From a virus (lineage: Duplodnaviria; Heunggongvirae; Uroviricota; Caudoviricetes): a stretch of DNA of 27,971 bases. Position 1 is the stretch's first letter, and every line of letters starts with the position of its first letter. The translations under genes and the position numbers were made by a program. A model generated the notes under the pieces. The model did no database searches. It was given only the letters and a program-made list of their open reading frames with translations, and had not been told where the DNA came from. Positions 25,823-27,971 of this stretch are shown one piece after another. The DNA is taken from positions 64,001 to 91,971 of IMG/VR virus record IMGVR_UViG_3300042997_000183; one strand, written 5' to 3'.

Positions 25823-26512
25823 ATGGCAAATCAAAATAAATTAAAAGCGTACGTACGCTATGATGGTACAGGTAGAGTGATAGCTGGTGGTCCAATTCTA
25901 CAAAGATTCAAACCTGCTGTAGGTAATTGGGTGGAAATCAATGCAAACGAGTGTTGTAACGGAACACCTACAACTACCACTACCACTACGCAAGGTGGTG
26001 TTACACCAACTGCACATATTATCAATCTTGGTTATACTGAATTTGGAGCATGTGAAAACCCTTATTCAACAGGAGTTTATTATACTAATTCTAGTGTAAT
26101 TACAACAGGAACAATTATATATTCAGATGCTTCTTTAACTACTGTTGCTTCTTTTAATGCAACTTATATATCTATAAACAATATTTTATACACTGTATCT
26201 AATGCAGTTGTTACATCTAATGGAACACCTTGTGGAAGTACAACAACTACTACAACTACCACTACTATAGCAACTATAAATGTAGGAACAACTTCAGAAT
26301 CTTGTGGAACACCTAGTACTTTTGCAACAGTATCATTTGCTACTGGTAGTAACATATGTGATCTAGTTGTTGAATTACAAGGTGATTTCTCAATGTTCCC
26401 TTCAACATTTTATGTAATCTATGGTGGATTTTCAAGATTATTTAGTAAAATTAGTGATTCAATAATCCAAGGTGCAGGTGGAGCTCCTGGTGAATGTGTT
26501 TCTTGTGGATAA
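25823..26512 (+). CDS. Putative virion decoration protein (anchor domain + two poly-Thr-linked Cys-containing domains)
   Basis: LKAYVRYDGTGRVIAGGPILQRFKPAVGNWVEI...ECC, TTTTTTTQGGVTPTA, PCGSTTTTTTTTT. Confidence 0.75.
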   Translation: MANQNKLKAYVRYDGTGRVIAGGPILQRFKPAVGNWVEINANECCNGTPTTTTTTTQGGVTPTAHIINLGYTEFGACENPYSTGVYYTNSSVITTGTIIYSDASLTTVASFNATYISINNILYTVSNAVVTSNGTPCGSTTTTTTTTTIATINVGTTSESCGTPSTFATVSFATGSNICDLVVELQGDFSMFPSTFYVIYGGFSRLFSKISDSIIQGAGGAPGECVSCG

Positions 26513-26530
26513 ATAATATAATTAAAAACT

Positions 26531-26935
26531 ATGGCAAAATCATTATTCCCTGATGAGATGATGAAATCAGGAGAACTAAACTTGGAAACAATAGCTGGGA
26601 AGCTTACATATTTCCATGAGCAACTACATTTAACTCATTGGCAAACAAAGAGTTATGCTGAGCACCAAGCTCTAGGAGGATTGTACGATTATGTACAGGA
26701 TTTCAAAGATGGTGTTATTGAGAAGCTTATGGGCTATACAGGCAAACGTCCTGCTCCATACAAGATAGAACCTCTTACAAATTGTACAGGGGATGAATGT
26801 GTGTCAAAGCTTTTATCTTTTGCATCTTCATTGAAAAGCTATGCTGAATCAAATAGCTATCATGATATTGCTAATTTAGCAGATGCTCTAAGCGGTGAAG
26901 CAGCAAAAACTAAATACTTATTAACCTTGTCTTAA
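26531..26935 (+). CDS. Ferritin/Dps-like four-helix protein (DUF5856-like)
   Basis: QLHLTHWQTKSYAEHQALGGLYD...DGVIEKLMGY resembles the H-W...H..L..LY....D..E ferroxidase pattern of Dps-like phage proteins. Confidence 0.75.
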   Translation: MAKSLFPDEMMKSGELNLETIAGKLTYFHEQLHLTHWQTKSYAEHQALGGLYDYVQDFKDGVIEKLMGYTGKRPAPYKIEPLTNCTGDECVSKLLSFASSLKSYAESNSYHDIANLADALSGEAAKTKYLLTLS

Positions 26936-27216
26936 TGCAAATTAACAAGAAATTCTTTCCTGAGGTGATGCAAGATAACGAACTTGCTTATTTTGCTCAC
27001 CTACAGGGAATTATAGATTCTGTGGACGAGTTAGCCACATTAGAAATCACTAGGAATCCTAATTCCTACCACTTTAGACTAGCACCGTCTATACCTAGGT
27101 ATAATGATATGCTGCTAGAAGAGCTATTGAAGTTTCATAACCTCTTACAGATCCATCTAGATCTGTCTAAAAGTATTAAAAGCTCAGCAACAATAGTATT
27201 TGATATCACATTATAA
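26935..27216 (+). CDS. Hypothetical protein (93 aa)
   Basis: TAATG coupling to the upstream gene; no recognisable motif. Confidence 0.7.
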   Translation: MQINKKFFPEVMQDNELAYFAHLQGIIDSVDELATLEITRNPNSYHFRLAPSIPRYNDMLLEELLKFHNLLQIHLDLSKSIKSSATIVFDITL

Positions 27217-27222
27217 CCAACA

Positions 27223-27971
27223 ATGATACAAACTTACAAAGATTTAAAAGGAAGAACTTGGGATCAACCAGGAATACCTAAATGGATATTCAGAGCAGGT
27301 AATGATTCTCTAGAAGATTTACATCCTGAAATAGCTGAGATATACACTACACAGTTAGAGAATAACCCTGACTATGAATTATTCTACTTCAGTAGAGAAG
27401 ATAGATTACAGTTTATAACAGATCAAAATGATAATGAGTTATTGTATGCTTATAATATAATAGTTCCAGAAGCATTTAAAACAGACATGTTTAGATATGT
27501 TGTTTTAACCACATATGGAGGGGTGTATATGGACTTTAGTATGCAAACTCTTGTACCACTTGCTGATATAATTAAACATTACACTTATGTATATGTTAAA
27601 GATACTGCTGGAGACAATCCCCTTATTCAGAGTTTATATAATGCATTTATAATTACTCCTAAAGACAATGCTTTTTTAAAGGCTGCTTTAAAACAATCTA
27701 TATATAATATCAAACATAGGATATACGGTGTAACATGTTTAACTATAACTAGTCCACACATGTTTGGAGAAGTATACAAAAAATTCCATGGACTAGATGA
27801 TATTGTGCTGGGAGAGAGTGGAGATGGTACAATAGTTTATGATCATCGTCTTCCTAATCAGTTTATTGAAGATGGTGACATTAATCTTGTACAGATAAAA
27901 CATCCTAAACATTATGAAATTCTCTATTCTACTGAAGATAGATATAACATAGTTTGGGATGAGAGAAGAAT
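27223..27971 (+). CDS. GT32 (OCH1/Gly_transf_sug-like) glycosyltransferase, 3'-partial; not in the ORF track
   Basis: Manually translated from the ATG at 27223 with no stop to the window end: IPKWIF...NPDYELFYF...AFKTDMFRYVVLTTYGGVYMDFS...YNAFI...NAFLK...ITSPHMF. This matches the GT32 pattern A.K.D..RY..L...GG.Y.D. Confidence 0.85.
   Translation, partial: MIQTYKDLKGRTWDQPGIPKWIFRAGNDSLEDLHPEIAEIYTTQLENNPDYELFYFSREDRLQFITDQNDNELLYAYNIIVPEAFKTDMFRYVVLTTYGGVYMDFSMQTLVPLADIIKHYTYVYVKDTAGDNPLIQSLYNAFIITPKDNAFLKAALKQSIYNIKHRIYGVTCLTITSPHMFGEVYKKFHGLDDIVLGESGDGTIVYDHRLPNQFIEDGDINLVQIKHPKHYEILYSTEDRYNIVWDERR

Noticed and set aside
22800-26270. ACA/ACT-rich tracts as microsatellites or phase-variation sites
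   Set aside because: Codons are mixed and in frame, with no long perfect nucleotide repeat; treated instead as protein-level Thr stalks.
1-27971. Stop-codon reassignment as seen in some crAss-like phages
   Set aside because: Multi-kb ORFs are uninterrupted in code 11, coding density is near complete, and TAG ends genes cleanly at 16171, 18463 and 21608.
1-27971. tRNA, rRNA, introns, inteins, diversity-generating retroelement
   Set aside because: No intergenic gap shows a cloverleaf; I saw no intein termini, homing endonuclease, reverse transcriptase or adenine-mismatched repeat pair. tRNAscan-SE and Infernal were not run.

Overview
All supportable genes lie on the + strand. The window is a virion-structure and lysis segment of a large tailed phage, most likely infecting Bacteroidota and Crassvirales-like in organisation. 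The host call rests on four TAnnTTTG promoter boxes in three intergenic gaps, A-rich start contexts without a Shine-Dalgarno sequence, and D-(S/T)-hydrophobic glycosylation sequons in exported proteins. Gene order: (1) the 3' part of a giant probable virion RNA polymerase carrying a linker-delimited C-terminal string of ASCH, SLOG, NADAR and HExxH modules; (2) a 1647-aa probable ejected protein with a PD-(D/E)xK nuclease domain; (3) a 2208-aa tail fibre with a peptidase S74 chaperone, accessory genes and a GT9-like glycosyltransferase; (4) an eight-gene lysis cassette around a GH19 endolysin; (5) a block of collagen-like and poly-Thr-stalk proteins from two paralogous families, interleaved with an HPAT/SGT1-like and a GT32-like glycosyltransferase, plus a ferritin-like protein. 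The two best candidates for an undescribed system are a phage-encoded protein O-glycosylation system acting on mucin-like virion decoration proteins, and a swappable anti-defence cargo tail on the injected RNA polymerase. Three genes absent from the ORF track were found by hand (21480..21608, 22704..22865, 27223..end). All family assignments come from motif recognition by eye; no database search was run.
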